Assembly: GCA_951406725.2 (NCBI GenBank)
Contig: OX597840.1
Coordinates: 17,546,001 to 17,610,000, forward strand
Length of the DNA: 64,000 nucleotides
Reading direction: 5' to 3'
Source: Octopus vulgaris
Lineage: Eukaryota
Position 1 is the stretch's first letter. Each line of letters opens with the position of its first letter. This document shows positions 1-13,939 of this stretch, one piece after another. The notes beneath the pieces were generated by a model. It did not search any database and was not told the origin of the DNA. It saw only the letters and a list, made by a program, of their open reading frames with translations. The position numbers and the translations under genes are program-made.

Positions 1-550
1 ATATGCCAAATATGCTCTTTTGTCACTTCCATTATAGCTTTGAAAAAATAACTGTTAAAATCGAACTGCACTCTTCAAGACTTGTACTAAGAATAAGGAC
101 AAGGTAAAATTACTACCTGCTTTTATAGCAAGTTGATGCAGGGAGTTTATCCCATTCCTCTCTGACTTTTAGTTCATGCAACTGAAAAAACCACATTATT
201 TATGGGATGATCCACTACAACAATTTATGTGTGTGCTTCTATGCATGCGTGTGTGGTCGTATGTATGTGTGTGTGTGGTTGTATGTCTGTGTGTAGATGA
301 ATAGTATATGTAGATAAATTCGCTGGATATGTATGTATGCAAAGGTACATGAAGCCCAGTTACAACTACAGCTGGCTATTGCTGGTAAAGGTTTTAGCTG
401 CCAATTCTGTACAAGACATTGCAGATCTTTAGCTGGGCGAAAAAATTATGTTCAATTAACAGTTAAGCCTCGTGCAATGACCATACTCAATAACGAGGGG
501 GCAGCTCTCATGTATGTATGTATGTATGTATGTATGTATGTATGTATACT

Positions 551-1003
551 CTTTACTCCTTTACTTGTTTCAGACATTTGACTGCGGCCATGCTGGAGCA
601 CTGCCTTTAGTCGAGCAAATCAACCCCAGGACTTATTCCTTGTAAGCCTAGTACTTATTCTATTGGTCTGTTTTGCCGAACTGCTAAGTTACGGGGACAT
701 AAACCCACCAGCACTGCTTGTCAAGCGATGTTGCGACTGATACATACATACAGGTGCAGGAGTGGCTGTATGGTATGTATATTTGTGTGTGTTTGTGCGT
801 CTGTGTTTCTCTTCTCAACATCACTTGACAACCGATGCTGGTGTGTTTACGTCCCCGTAACTTAGCGGTTCGGCAAAAGAGGCCGATAGAATAAGTGCTA
901 GGCCTACAAAGAATAAGTCCTGGGGTCGATATGCTTGACTTAAGGCAGTGCTCCAGCATGGCCGCAGTCAAATGACTGAAACAAGTAAAAGAGTAAAAAG
1001 AGA
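551..1003. mobile_element. Two SINE A fragments in inverted orientation
   Basis: 551-727 minus, 753-1003 plus; the 3' halves are complementary. Confidence 0.85.
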
Positions 1004-1124
1004 GAGGGTTGTAGCCTTTGCATGTGTGGGACTTTCAATCAGACGATGTCAATACTTGAACATGGGTTTGCAGTCATCATCATGTATGTATGTTTGTATG
1101 GATGCATGTATGTAGTTGTGGGAG

Positions 1125-1164
<40 letters not shown>

Positions 1165-1222
1165 GTGTCATTTAAACAAGACCTATTTATCTTATAAAAC
1201 AAGGTTTGTTTCTTAACTCTAG

Positions 1223-1279
1223 AGTCTCCAACCAAGAGATTCTCAAGATACAAGGATCGAACAGCATTACCTCAACGAG
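1223..1279 (+). CDS. DLEC1: Probable coding exon of DLEC1/CFAP81-like gene (first in window)
   Basis: ttcttaactctAG acceptor, G|GTAAGT donor; phase 1-1, reads (x)SPTKRFSRYKDRTALPQR and splices in frame to 7045; sequence similarity alone is weak. Confidence 0.55.
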
Positions 1280-2490
1280 GTAAGTATATATTATATATTT
1301 ACATTCTTATAATGCTATACATTCTTACACAAACCAGTATATATAATATTTTCCATTATATCATTATACACTCTTACACAAACCTGGTTTACATAATAAA
1401 TTTTTAGTTCTTCATTATGTTCAACACACACAAACCACATACAGTAATGCTTCAATATAGAAGTTAATCTCTTCCTGATGATCACTCATAAAGCGAAAAC
1501 TTGTAAAGCAGAAATGACATTTTATGCCGTCACTTTGCTCTCTCTCTGTGTAGATATGTCAGAACCAGTGTTGCCACATGTTGTGATGTTGTCACACACA
1601 TAAAATGGCTGTTTAACCTTTTTAGATTTATTATAAAATAAAACTTGTAAACCCAGGGTCTTGTAAAGTGGCTCTTTGTAAAGTGAGGGGTTACTGTATA
1701 TAAATTAATTGTGGCATTATTTTTATAATTCATTGAAACAAAATCAGTAAATTTCAACAGAAATATGATAACAAAAGGTTTAGTCTTTCAGAGACAGATC
1801 TTATAAATTATTCACCTGTGTCAGTGTCACAAAAAATGCACCCAGAGCATAAAGTGTTTGGCATTAGAAAGGGCATTTGGCCATAGAAATTATGCCAAAG
1901 CAGACAGCTGGTGTCTCCACAGCTCCCCAGCCGTCAAGCCGTCCAACCCATGCCAACATAGAAAACAGACATTAAATGAGGATGATAATGATGACAGTCT
2001 TTTTATAATTCTATTTATTTTGGGAAGGCAGGGAGCTAGCAGAAATCTTAACTTGCTGGCAAAATGCTTAGCGGTATTTCATCTGCCTTTATGTTCTGAG
2101 TGCAAATTCCGCTGAGGTCGACTTTGCCTTTCATCCTTTTGGGGTCGATAAATAAAGTACCAGTTGAACACTGGGGTTGATGTAATTGACTAGCCTCCTC
2201 CCCCAAAATTTCAGGCCTTGTGCCTAGGAATGAAAAGAATTCTGTTTATTTTGGGGCAAAATCCTATTATTTTGTATCTTTTCTCTTTTTAGACTGGGGC
2301 CATGAATTTTTAGTGAAATGAATTGACCCCAGAACTTATTTTTTAAGCCTGGTACTTATTCACTTATTCTATGTTTTTTTTGCTGAACTGCAAAGTTAGG
2401 GGTGTGCAAACACACTAACACCAGTTGTCAAGTGGTGATGGGGGGGACAAATGCAGACACACCCATAGACATATATATATATATATATAT

Positions 2491-2760
2491 ACTAGCAGTA
2501 TCGCCCAGCGTTGTGGTTTGTTTAGACCCTTTAGAATTGGAATTTTTGAAAAGTAAAAATTTGGCAGTGTGTAGCTTGTTATTCTCTTTAAGTGAAATAC
2601 ACCGAAAAATGGCGACACAGCAGGCAAAAGTTCGTAAAAAATAGGGATTTTCATAGAAAAAAGGCACCTTTTTGATGTAAATAATTTTTGGTGTTAACAA
2701 GGTCCGATTTGAATTTTTTCTTCTACGGAAGGAAGAGTTAGCGTTCTTCTATCATACTCT
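2491..2760 (-). mobile_element. Helitron-like repeat (second copy 11365-11740)
   Basis: Two homologous copies; minus-strand end ..CAACGCTGGGCGATACTGCTAG with a subterminal hairpin; TCTCTATTTATA 5' end in the second copy. Confidence 0.6.
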
Positions 2761-2774
2761 CATATATATATGTA

Positions 2775-2836
<62 letters not shown>

Positions 2837-2839
<3 letters not shown>

Positions 2840-4331
2840 ATAAAACGGTAAGATAACAAAAGAATGAAAGAGACCTCAATATTATGTAAATAGAGGAAAT
2901 TTATCTATACAATATGTTACATTACTCGGTAGTCAAGATAAAACTCTGAGTTTCAGATGCCGAAGTGGAAATCCACAACACCATCTCTTCGGTTATCTGG
3001 CTATTTGAAAACGTTATGAAAAAATACCGTTAAAAATGAAGGAAATTACTCTGTTATAACTCTGCTTTGCCTGCGTACTTATACATCGCTCGCATTTTTC
3101 GTCATAAAAATTATATAAAAATACATAAAAATATATAAAAATATATAAAAATATATAAAATCTTCTTGGGACATAACACAGAAAGCATGTTCTATCCGTT
3201 TTCTTTAGGGGACCAAAAACGTAACAGAAATTTAGTCACATGTGGGCATGATCCGAAAAGCTCTGTCCTTGTATTTAGACATGTGGTAGGGTCTAAGCTG
3301 CTTTTCCAGATAAGCCATCTCTCCATGTCGCATAAACCACACCTTCCGCTGCCGTTAGTGTAGGGCTTACATCTGGCCAAAATCTTCCATTGTATGTTAT
3401 AATCGACACCTTTATCTCTTAAAGACCAAATATGATTGGATAATTGTGTCGCTTTTCTTTTGTTCCAGTGCCTAAAGCTCAAAGTGTGGTTATTGAACCT
3501 GGCCTTGAAATTACCCTCTGTCAGGCCCACGTATTTCTTCGTCGAAACGGTGTCTTTAGTGGTTATAGAGTTTACGGTAGCTTCATATATGATGGTCTTG
3601 GACATGCAAGCTCCATTTAGCGGGCACAATTCTTTATTCCTGCATGAACAGCTGTTTTCTTCTTGTGTTTTTTGTATGTTATGATTGATTATGTTTTTAA
3701 AATTGGTAGTTGAACTAAAACTAATTTTTAAATTGTGTCTATTGAAGAGTTTCCTATAAGCATGGTTAACTGGAAAATGTCTATCTATCAGTGCTAGGAA
3801 ATATTTACCTATATTGAAGGCCACCTCAGGTGAGTAAGGGGGCGTAAACCAGATGACCTTCCTATTTCTATTATTCCTTTTCCTTACTGTTGGGCTGGTG
3901 ATAGGTGTATATTTTATATACTAACGGCAGCGGAAGGTGCGGTTTATGCGACATGGAGAGATGGCTTATCTGGAAAAGCAGCTTAGACCCTACCACATGT
4001 CTAAATACAAGGACAGAGCTTTTCGGATCATGCCCACATGTGACTAAATTTCTGTTACGTTTTTGGTCCCCTAAAGAAAACGGATAGAACATGCTTTCTG
4101 TGTTATGTCCCAAGAAGATTTTATATATTTTTATATATTTTTATATATTTTTATGTATTTTTATATAATTTTTATGACGAAAAATGCGAGCGATGTATAA
4201 GTACGCAGGCAAAGCAGAGTTATAACAGAGTAATTTCCCTTCATTTTTAACGGTATTTTTTCATAACGTTTTCAAATAGCCAGATAACCGAAGAGATGGT
4301 GTTGTGGATTTCCACTTCGGCATCTGAAACT

Positions 4332-4334
<3 letters not shown>
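2837..4334 (-). mobile_element. 5'-truncated Penelope-like element with inverted duplication of its 3' end, inserted in (TA)n
   Basis: GIY-YIG C-terminus 3920->3192 (WFTPPY, CSC-x5-CPL, IY..KYVG, CGLC, LNTRTE..CPH); ~2950-3358 is repeated inverted at ~3920-4330. Confidence 0.9.
2936..2998 (-). ncRNA. Hammerhead-like ribozyme (CCGAAGA core variant) in PLE 3' region
   Basis: AGATAA-CCGAAGA-GATG..GTGGA tt TCCAC..CATC-T-GAAA-CTC A GAG-TT-TTATCT; stem I AGATAA/TTATCT. Confidence 0.6.
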
Positions 4335-4388
<54 letters not shown>

Positions 4389-4399
4389 ATGACGATATA

Positions 4400-4703
4400 T
4401 ATATATATATTAATACGAAAAAACCCTCCAGGCTACATCCTGAAAATTAATTTCTTTGATGAATTTCTACAATGTTTACGGCGATTCGTGTTTTTATATC
4501 TTAATTTTTTATTTTTCATACAATTTACGCATGCTTGCACGCATGGTGAACACAGTTCACGTCAAACAGCTGACTATTCAATGCATGGGATAAGGCCTAA
4601 ACAAACACGAGATGAATTTCGAAACAGAAATAGCGCAGTTCAATTTTCATTCGCCTAAACTCTAAGTGACCCACTTTTGGTGGGTCTACGATTTGTTGGC
4701 TAG
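4400..4703 (+). mobile_element. Non-autonomous Helitron
   Basis: 3' hairpin GACCCAC-TTTTG-GTGGGTC followed 13 nt later by CTAG; 5' end merges into (TA)n. Confidence 0.6.
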
Positions 4704-4729
4704 GAGGAGATGTGCCAGGAAGTTAAACA

Positions 4730-5300
4730 CACAGACACACACACAGATACAGACACAGACACACAAGTTGAGTTTTATATATATAGATATCTGATAGGCT
4801 TCTTTCAGTTTCCATCTCGCAAACCCACTCACAAAGCTTTGGTAGGCCCAAGGATATAGTAAAAGACACTTGCCCACGGTGCCATGCAGTGGAACTGAAC
4901 CTGGAACCATGTGGTTAGGAAGCAAGCTTCTTACCACACAACCATATAAATTCTTTTATTCTTTCAGTCATTTGACAGTGGTCATGCTGGAGCACTGCCT
5001 TAAAGGGTTTTAGTCAAAGAAATCAAACTCAGGACTTATTCTTCATAAGCCTAGTACTTATTCTATCGGTCTCTTTTGCAAGTTACAGGGACATAAACGC
5101 ATCAACATCAGTTGTCAAGCTATAGGAGGTGGACAAACACAGACATACATAAATATATATACATATATATATACGATAGGCTTCTTTCAATTTCCGTCTA
5201 CAAAATCCACTCACAAGGCTTACCCAAAGTGCTACGCAGTGGGACTGAACCTGGAACCATGTGGTTGGTAAGCAAGCTTCTTACCACACAGCCATGCCTG
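4730..5300 (-). mobile_element. Two tandem SINE A copies
   Basis: Reverse complement of the SINE A head and body, twice. Confidence 0.8.
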
Positions 5301-5986
5301 TGTCTTTGTCATATCTTTAACAAAAATCCACTGATTCTGTGCTCAATCAATCAACCTTTAATATGGCTGAGCAACCAATCCCAATCAGCCGGGAATCACA
5401 ATATGGTTTGTGCTGTTCATCATTTTGACCACTGAGTTCAAAATCAAGTCAAATCAGACCGGAACCTGGTACAGCTCTGCAGCTAACCAGTGGCAGTCAA
5501 AGTGTCTGTCCAATGCCAGCATGGAAAACAGATGCTAAATGATGATGATGATGATGATGGTACTGCTGGTGGTGGTGATGGTGGTGGTATGGTGGTGGTG
5601 ATGATGATGATGGTGATGGTTGTGAGACCTGTGTTCAGGTTAGTTTCCTGAGCAACCCTCTCACCCTTGTATGCCAATCAGTCGCAAGCTTACCCATTTT
5701 CAGCTGAGTGAACTGAAGCAATGAAGGCACATGGCTAGAGGTTAGGGCATTCATCTCACAACCGTAAGGTCATGAGTTCAATTCCCGGCAATGCATTGTA
5801 TCCTTGAGCAAGGTACTTTATTTCACATTGTTCCAGTCCATTCGGCTGGCAAAAATGTGTTGTACCTGTATTTCAAAGGGTCAGATTTGTCACACTCTGT
5901 GTCACACTGAACCTCCCTGAGAACTACATTAAGAGTACACATGTCTGTGGAGTGCTCAGCCACTTGCATGTTAACTTCATGAGCAG

Positions 5987-6516
5987 GCAGGAGTGGCTGT
6001 GTGGTAAGAAGCTTGCTTATGAACCACATGGTTCTAGGTTCAGTCCCACTGCATCTTGGGCAAGTGTTTTCTACCATAGCCTCGGGTCGACCAAAGCCTT
6101 GTGAGTGGATTTGGTAGACAGAAACTGAAAGAAGCCTATCGTATATATGTATATATATATTTATATATATATATATATCACGTGATCACATGACCGACCA
6201 GACCGTCAGATGTTACACATCGCTGGTCACAATGCGTTCGTATTGTTTTAGCCTTCGAATGACGCCACCCCGCTGGCTAAGCGAGCAGGCCAACAGAAGA
6301 AAGAGTGGGAGAAAGAGTGGTGAAAGAGTACAGCAGGGATCACCACCCCCTGCCGGAGCCTCATGGAGCTTTTAGGTGTTTTCGCTCAATAAACACTCAC
6401 AACACCCGGTCTGGGAATCGAAACCACGATCCTGCGACCGCGAGTCCGCTGCCCTAACCACTAGGCCATTGCGCCTCCACACACACACATACTCACATAC
6501 AAATATATATACATAC

Positions 6517-6570
<54 letters not shown>

Positions 6571-6765
6571 ATATGTTTGTGTGTCTGTGTTTGCCCCCCA
6601 TCATTGCTTGACAACTGATGCTGGTGTGTTTACGTCCCCGTAAAAAGAAATCGATAGAATAAGTACTAGGCTTACAAAGAATAAGTCCTGAGGTTGACTA
6701 AAGGCAGTGTTCCAGCATGGCCACAGTAAACTGACTGAAACAAGTAAAAGAGTAAAAGAGTAAAA
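5987..6765 (+). mobile_element. SINE A split by a nested tRNA-derived SINE
   Basis: SINE A head 5987-6145 and tail 6570-6765; insertion lies in its internal (TA)n. Confidence 0.85.
6178..6480 (-). mobile_element. tRNA-derived SINE family C
   Basis: Minus strand GGAGGCGCAATGGCCTAGTGGTTAGGGC..GGTTTCGATTCCC (A/B boxes) followed by a non-tRNA body. Confidence 0.8.
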
Positions 6766-7044
6766 GGCTGTTCCATTGATCAGATCAACTGGAACCCTCG
6801 TAATCAGAACAGACAGAAACACGAAACAAAGTGTTTTACTCAAGACCTCAACACAAAACCAGTCTGGAAATCGAAACCATGATCCCACAATTGTGAGCGC
6901 AACAGCCTGACGACTAGGCCACTTGCTAGGGGTCTACAGCACCAAAATATTCCCCTCCTTTTTAGTCACTCTTAAACTCCAGACAGACATGACCACAACA
7001 CCAACAACACTCTGCTGATCCCATTTTCTCTCAATTCTTTTCAG

Positions 7045-7235
7045 TCAGAAATGACCCAAGTTATCTGCAAACAACCGCATCATGGCTCCACCATAATTAT
7101 GAGAAATCAAGGGTATATTCAGATGCATTAGCAAAGAAACTCTTTTCATCAAGTCTTGATAAATTGAATCTCTCAACTCCGGATTTCTCTCTACCAGCTG
7201 CAAGGAAAAGTATAACCATCGTTGAAAAACCAGAT
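7045..7235 (+). CDS. DLEC1: DLEC1-like exon
   Basis: Polypyrimidine tract + cAG, donor GTAATA; open frame RNDPSYLQTTASWLHH...TIVEKPD; phase 1 start, phase 0 end fits neighbours. Confidence 0.7.
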
Positions 7236-7707
7236 GTAATATGTTTTTTTTCACAGGCTTTATCTCTTGTTGTTGTTATCCTATCCATCTTTCTTCTCCA
7301 CCCACTATTCTTGGGAGTGGGGATCATTGTGGGGTCGGGTCCTAGGGTACCTCTTCTATATCTGGTACTATCAGAATCAACCAGCTGGATCCCCAATTGT
7401 GGCTGTTAACTATGACTGTCTTTCATCTTTTTATCTTTTACTTGTTTCAGTCATTGGACTGCAGCCATGCTGGGGCACCATCTCGGAGAATTTTTAGCCA
7501 AATGAATTAATCCCACTACTTAGTTATTTTTTATTAAAGCATGGCACTTATTTTTTTGGTCTCTTTTGCCAAACCATTAAGTTACGGGAATGTAAACACG
7601 TCAGCACCAGTTGCCAGGCAACAGTAAGGGACAAACACAGGCACAAAGAAATACATACATGCATGCATACATACACACACACACATACACATACATACAT
7701 ACATACA

Positions 7708-7741
<34 letters not shown>

Positions 7742-7791
7742 CATACATACATACATACATACATACATACATACATACATACATACATACA

Positions 7792-9051
7792 TCAGGTTGA
7801 ATAAAAGCTAAGCAACGTTTTGAATCATGAAGAATTGTGTACTGGATTTTTGCAGAGTTTTGAATTTTTTTAAACAGTTTTTTGCAATTGTTTCATAATA
7901 CAGACATAGACTTGCCCAGCGGCATCAATAAATTAACATTGATATTTTTTGCACCGTTGTTACAATCATCTGAAATGGAACTGTCAAAGTACGATATTCG
8001 AGCAATTTTGCTATTCAACTTCAAAAAAGGACATAAAGCAGTTGAAACTGCTCCCAATATCAATGAAATGTTTGGTGAGGAAATGACCAGTGAGGGGTCA
8101 GCTTGAAAATGGTTTAAACGATTTCGCAGTGGATACCTGAGCCTTGAAGATTGTGAGCATAGTGGACACGCATCTGTCATTGACAACAATCAATTAAAGA
8201 CCGTCATCAAGAAAGATCCACGTAAAACCACTCGAGAACTGGCAAAAGAACTTCTAGTTAGCCAGAAAACTGCCTGCAACCATTTGCATGCAATCAGAAA
8301 ATCAAATAAGCTTGACAAATGGGTACCGCATGATTTGAATCAAAATCAGAAAATGCGCAGATATGAAATTTGTTCGTTGCTTCTTCTCCGTAACCAGACC
8401 GATCCATTTCAAGACTGTATTGTAACTTGCAGTGAAAAGTAGATTCTGTATAATAATAAAAAATGTTCTTCACAGTGGCCGGACCAAAATGAAGCGCCAA
8501 AAACCTTCCCTAAACCCGAGCTCTTCAAAAAGAAGGTTATGGTGACTGTTTGGTGGTGTACTGCTGGACTCATCCACTATAACTTCTTAAAACCCAGAAA
8601 AACCATTACTGTAAAAACATACAGCCATGAAATTGCCAAAATGAATGAAAAAACTGCTACTCCTCCATCCCAGACTGGTCAACAGAAGAGGACTAATCAT
8701 TCTTCATGACAATGCTTGACCACACATTTCCCTAATGACGCTCCAGAAGTTGAGGGAACTTGGTTACAAAGTTCTTCCCCACCCAGCTTATTCCTCACAC
8801 CTTTCTCCTACCGACTACCACTTTTTCAAGCACCTTGATGGTTTCCTGTGAGAGGAGGAGTTAAAAAATCAAACCGATGCTGAAAGTGTGTTCAAACAGT
8901 TCCAGATTTTTATGTTACCAGAATAAACAAACTTGCAACTCATTGGCAAAAATGTGTTGATTGTAATGGCACTTACTTTAATGATTAAAATCTCCGCATT
9001 GTTGGAATATATTGTGATGAATTTCATGCTTCAAAACGTTACTCAGCCTGA
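7792..9051 (+). mobile_element. Decayed full-length mariner (DD34D, Hsmar1/cecropia-like)
   Basis: TIRs TCAGGTTGA..AACGTTTTGAATCATGAA / TTCATGCTTCAAAACGTTAC-TCAGCCTGA; transposase from ATG 7975 with WVPHDL, KKVMVTVWW, HDNA, HPAYS..LSPTDY; several stops and frameshifts. Confidence 0.93.
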
Positions 9052-9754
9052 TAAATTATTAAGGTGGCCATATGCAATTTACAACCGAAAGGCAACAGGT
9101 ATAGTGGTCACTAAAGTAACTGAGGCTGCTAGTAAGCACTCGCATTGCTAGAAATAAGAGTCAAAACAACTCTCAGCCATGTGAGAGCACTTTTCTACTT
9201 TTCTAATGACTGACAAGGGAGACAGGCACCCTCCTTAAAAGCGAGATGGAGTCATATCAGCGCTGATTTCAGATTTGTTTCATCTTCATCCATAACCCAT
9301 TACTCCATCGCCGAGGGTTAAAGAACTTAACTCACCCAGTCAGCCTTATACAGAATACCATAGGAAACATTGACTGATTCTAAAAATGGTGAAGTGAGAA
9401 TTATAAATTATTAAGATTGCTATTTGCAATTTACAACCGAAAGCCAACAACTATGGTTGTCACTAAGGTAGAGGCAATTATGATGTGGATAAACAAATTA
9501 GATTTATTAAATGTAACAGTTTGTGTATGAAATGCAAAATATGTATATATGTATATATATGTATCCATGGAAAATAAGAGAAAGCAAATGGGGGAAACTT
9601 TGAGACAATGAATATTTATGTATAAATATATAGATATTCATATTAATATTGGCACAAGGCACTTAGTCTATCAGTCTCTTTTGCTGAACCACTAAGTTAC
9701 AGGGATGTAAACACACCAACATTGGTTGTCAAGTGATAGTGGGGTACAAACACA

Positions 9755-9807
<53 letters not shown>

Positions 9808-10020
9808 TATATACACTTTTATTCTCTTTTACTTGTTTCAGTCATTTAACTGCGGCCATGCTGGAGTACCGCCTTTAATTGAGCAAATCGACCCCAGGAC
9901 TTATTCTTTGTAAGCCTAGTACTTATTCTATCGGTCTCTTTTGCTGAACCGCTAAGTTACGGGGACATAAACACACCAGCATCGGTTGTCAAGCGATGTT
10001 GGAGGGACAAACACACACAC

Positions 10021-10059
<39 letters not shown>

Positions 10060-10709
10060 ATTAGATAGTAGACAGTAGTTCCACAATGTATCTTTTCAGT
10101 TCTTGTAAAGAAAAGCAGCAAATTAAAAGATAAAGCTTCATTTATATATCAATAATAGATCAATAATAAAATAACAGATACAAAAAAAGAAACATGCAAT
10201 ATATATATATATATCGTTGCTATTATGTTAACCTGTTGTATGTCCAAATTTTCAATATTTATTTTCGATTGCAATAGCTGGTCAAACTCTCATATCTCCA
10301 GTTGCTTCAGATGCCAAGGTATCCTTTTCTACTCTAGGCACAAGGCCTGAAATTTTGGGAGAGAGGTCAATCGATTAGATCGACCCTAGTATGCAACTGA
10401 TACTTAATTTATCGACTCCAAAAGGATGAAAGGCCAAGTCGACCTTGGCAGAATTTGAACTCAAAACGTAAAGACAGATGAAATACAGCTATGCATTTTG
10501 CCCAGCGTGCTAATGTTTCTGCCAGCTTACTGTCTTTTGGTTATTTTGGTCAAACTATCGTATCTCCAGCTACTTTAGATGCCAAGATATCAAAAATTGT
10601 CAAAGTGTAGTACAACGGTTTTGCCGTCGAATGGTGGAACTACTTTTTCGTTTTCTGGAAAAAGCAATGTTTTGGACTTATGACATTTTTGCATAATAGC
10701 AACAATATA

Positions 10710-10764
<55 letters not shown>

Positions 10765-10783
10765 ACATATATATATGTATGTA

Positions 10784-10833
<50 letters not shown>

Positions 10834-13356
10834 TTATGAGAGGTAATGGTGAATGGTGTCATTGAGACTCAAAGATGTCAGGTAATGCTGAATAAGTGCT
10901 ATAGATGGACCATAGTTAAGTTCCAGGTTTGGTGATTATGTGAATAAGGGGTTCAACGTTGGTCATATGTCATCGTGTGTATATAAAAATTTTTTTTTCG
11001 TAATGAGATAAAAAACCAAGGCTGTGCAGATTTTAGAACATTTATAGATAGAAGGTTTTACAGCTGTTTCCAGGATATTTATTATATCCCTTCGTCATAG
11101 ATGGTGTGAGAGGATGGTTTAGTAATAGTTAATTTAGATAAGATACAAAATAGAGAGTGAGGTGGAGGAAAGAAAATAGATGTGATGTATGTAGAGATAT
11201 TGTATTTGTAGATCCATTTTTTTTTTTGGCAGAATGTATATATATAATATTCCAATACCTCATGAGTAAAATCCAATAGTATTTAAAATTGGTCATTCCA
11301 AGTTTAGAGTTTATAGACAGTGTTATTGAATCAAGGGTTTTATTTAAAGTGACCTTAAATAAAACGTTGCTCGGGTTTGTTTCGACCCGCTGGAATTGGA
11401 ATTTATGAAAAGTAAAAATTTTGCATTATGTAGCTTGTTATTGTGTTCAAGTGAACATTTTTCTGGTTGAAATACACCGAAAAGTGGCGACACAGCAGTG
11501 AAAAAATGGTAAAAAATAGGGATTTTCATAGAAAAAAGCAGCTTTTTGATGTAAATAATTTTTGGTGTTAACATGGTCCAATTTGAATTTTATCTTCTAC
11601 GGAAGGAAGAGCAACCCTTCTTCTATCATACTCTTAATTTTGGTCAACTTGTGCCGCAGGGTCTTGGAGGAGATAGTGTTAGTTGAAGGCTACCAAACCT
11701 GTCGCACACAGACAACTTCAGCTCTCTATATAAATAGAGAGAAATAACACACACACATTAATACACATACATACACACACACACACACACATGTATGTAT
11801 GTATGTACATCTGTCCGCTTCTTGCCATATTTTTATCCTTCACTTCCTACACACACACACTCACACACACAGACACAGACACACACACACACACACGCAC
11901 ACATACACACACACACACCTTCTTAGCTTACAATTTCTTTCTTTCAACAACTGACAACTGAAGTACGCTCGCCAATTAATACTACCAAAATTTAACGACA
12001 GAAAGTAAATTAAAAACCAATTTACCTTTTCTGTTGAGTTATGGCAATTCGACTGTCGGTGTGTGTTTGCAAATGTGTTCGAATGAGAAAGTGAATTGTG
12101 TTTGGCGCCTTTTTTACTAATAACAGACACACACGTGTGTGTGTGTGTGTTTGAGTGTTTGTATGTAGTTGTTTGAAACGTTTGTGTTTGTCACTGTCAT
12201 ATATGTATATGTTTGCGTGTGTGTGTGTGTGTGAGGAATGACAAACCAGATAGATAGAGTGCGAAGTTCTTTTGAAGTTCGCGCTCCGTTTGTGTGTGTG
12301 TGTGCATGCTTTAGGTGTACGTAGGTATGTGTTTTTGTGTGTGTGTCACTGAAGCCATACATACATATATACATACATAACCTCTCTCTCTCTTTTCTCT
12401 CTCAGTCACTCACTACAAAAAGTGAATAAAAAAAGTTCAGTTATCTCTGTCTTTCACACATACACACACAGCACAACATTACTCTCTCTGTCTCTTTACA
12501 CACAGTAACAAAAGCACTTCACTTACACACCACACCTTCTGTGTCGCACACCCCATCAAACACACACACACACTCACGCATGCACACATGTACATCAATG
12601 CTTCCGATGCACACCAACTTCAAAAGAACTTCCCGAAATAAATGCATGTGTATCTGTTTCCCCGCTTGCAAAGAGAAAGTAGGAGAAAGTATGGTAATAG
12701 ATGGAGGAAAGCATTTGAAATGAGAGAGGCAATCGTATATGTATATGTTTGCATGTCTATGTGTGTCTACACTTGCAAAGAGAAAGTAGGAGAAAGTGTG
12801 GTGGTAATAGCAGGAGTAAACCACTTGAAATGAGAGAGGCAAATCGTAAAATATTGAGTTTTCTTGAATTTTTGCTTAATTGGGGGTGAAATTGAAAAAA
12901 ACCTTACATGCCATGACCCAATCGAATCTATTTGGAAAAATCATAGGTAAATTCCAATTGAAGAAATTCTATATTGTAGAATTGTATTAAAAAGAAACAT
13001 GGGAACAGACAGAGAAAATATCCCTTTTATCATAAAAGATATATAAATAAGAGGAATAGCCATCAAGTTGGATTTCTAGTATGCTAGAAGAAGATGCCAA
13101 ATTGCCTTACCACAAAGAATATGTTCTCAAAAATTTTAGCAAACAAAATAAAGCAACTAACTTCATACCTTAAGATTTTGCTATTATTGATTATCATCGT
13201 AATCATCTGTAGCTCGTCAGTGAAGCTGTCGCTATTCCTCTTATTTATATATATAATTCATAGTCCTTAGACATTTTTTAAGTATGCTATTTAAATTAAT
13301 ATTATTTAAATTAATATTATTTAATAATATTAATTTCTACTCTCATATTTATATAT

Positions 13357-13780
13357 AGGCGCAGGAGTGGCTGTGTGGTAAGTAGCTTGCTAACCAACCA
13401 CATGGTTCCGGGTTCAGTCCCACTGCGTGACACCTTGGGCAAGTGTCTTCTGCTATAGCCTCGGGCTGACCAAAAGCCTTGTGAGTGGATTTGGTAGACG
13501 GAAACTGAAAGAAGCCCGTCGTATATATGTATATATATCTATATGTATGTATGTGTGTGTGTGTGTGTTTTTATGTGTCTGTGTTTGTCCCCCTAGCATT
13601 GCTTAACAACCAATGCTGGTGTGTTTACGTCCCCGTCACTTAGCGGTTCGGCAAAACAGACCGATAGAATAAGTACTGGGCTTACAAAAGAATAAGTCCC
13701 GGGGTCGATTTGCTCGACTAAAGGCGGTGCTCCAGCATGGCCGCAGTCAAATGACTGAAACAAGTAAAAGAAAAGAAAAG
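13357..13780 (+). mobile_element. tRNA-headed SINE family A, full-length copy
   Basis: GCAGGAGTGGCTGTGTGG (A box)..GGTTCAGTCCC (B box), internal (TA)n(TG)n, 3' end ATGACTGAAACAAGTAAAAGA; about 20 full or partial copies in the window. Confidence 0.9.
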
Positions 13781-13888
13781 AATATATATATATATATATA
13801 TATGTAGGTCCTGGGTTGAGTCGGGGTTAACCACAGTAAATAAGGTACTCAATACATAGCAGAGTAAATTAATTTATTTTATAGAAGG

Positions 13889-13939
13889 AGCTTCTACAGG
13901 ACTAGAACTGTTTCATTCAAATGAAATCATCAGGAAGCT
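13889..13939 (-). ncRNA. Minimal type I hammerhead ribozyme in 3' pseudo-LTR
   Basis: Minus strand: AGCTTC-CTGATGA-tttcatttgaat-GAAA-CAG ttctagtc CTG-TA-GAAGCT; stem I AGCTTC/GAAGCT, GUA cleavage triplet. Confidence 0.8.

Noticed and set aside
1442-1696. Tigger-like MITE (CAGTAA...TTACTG) around a weak hammerhead-like motif
   Set aside because: TIR match is short and degenerate; not listed as a feature
6405-6480. tRNA gene
   Set aside because: tRNA-like head continues into a SINE body and has no proper acceptor stem
12660-12845. ~110-bp tandem duplication (also short direct repeats at 9072/9425 and 62475/62633)
   Set aside because: Local duplications within old repeats; no further structure seen
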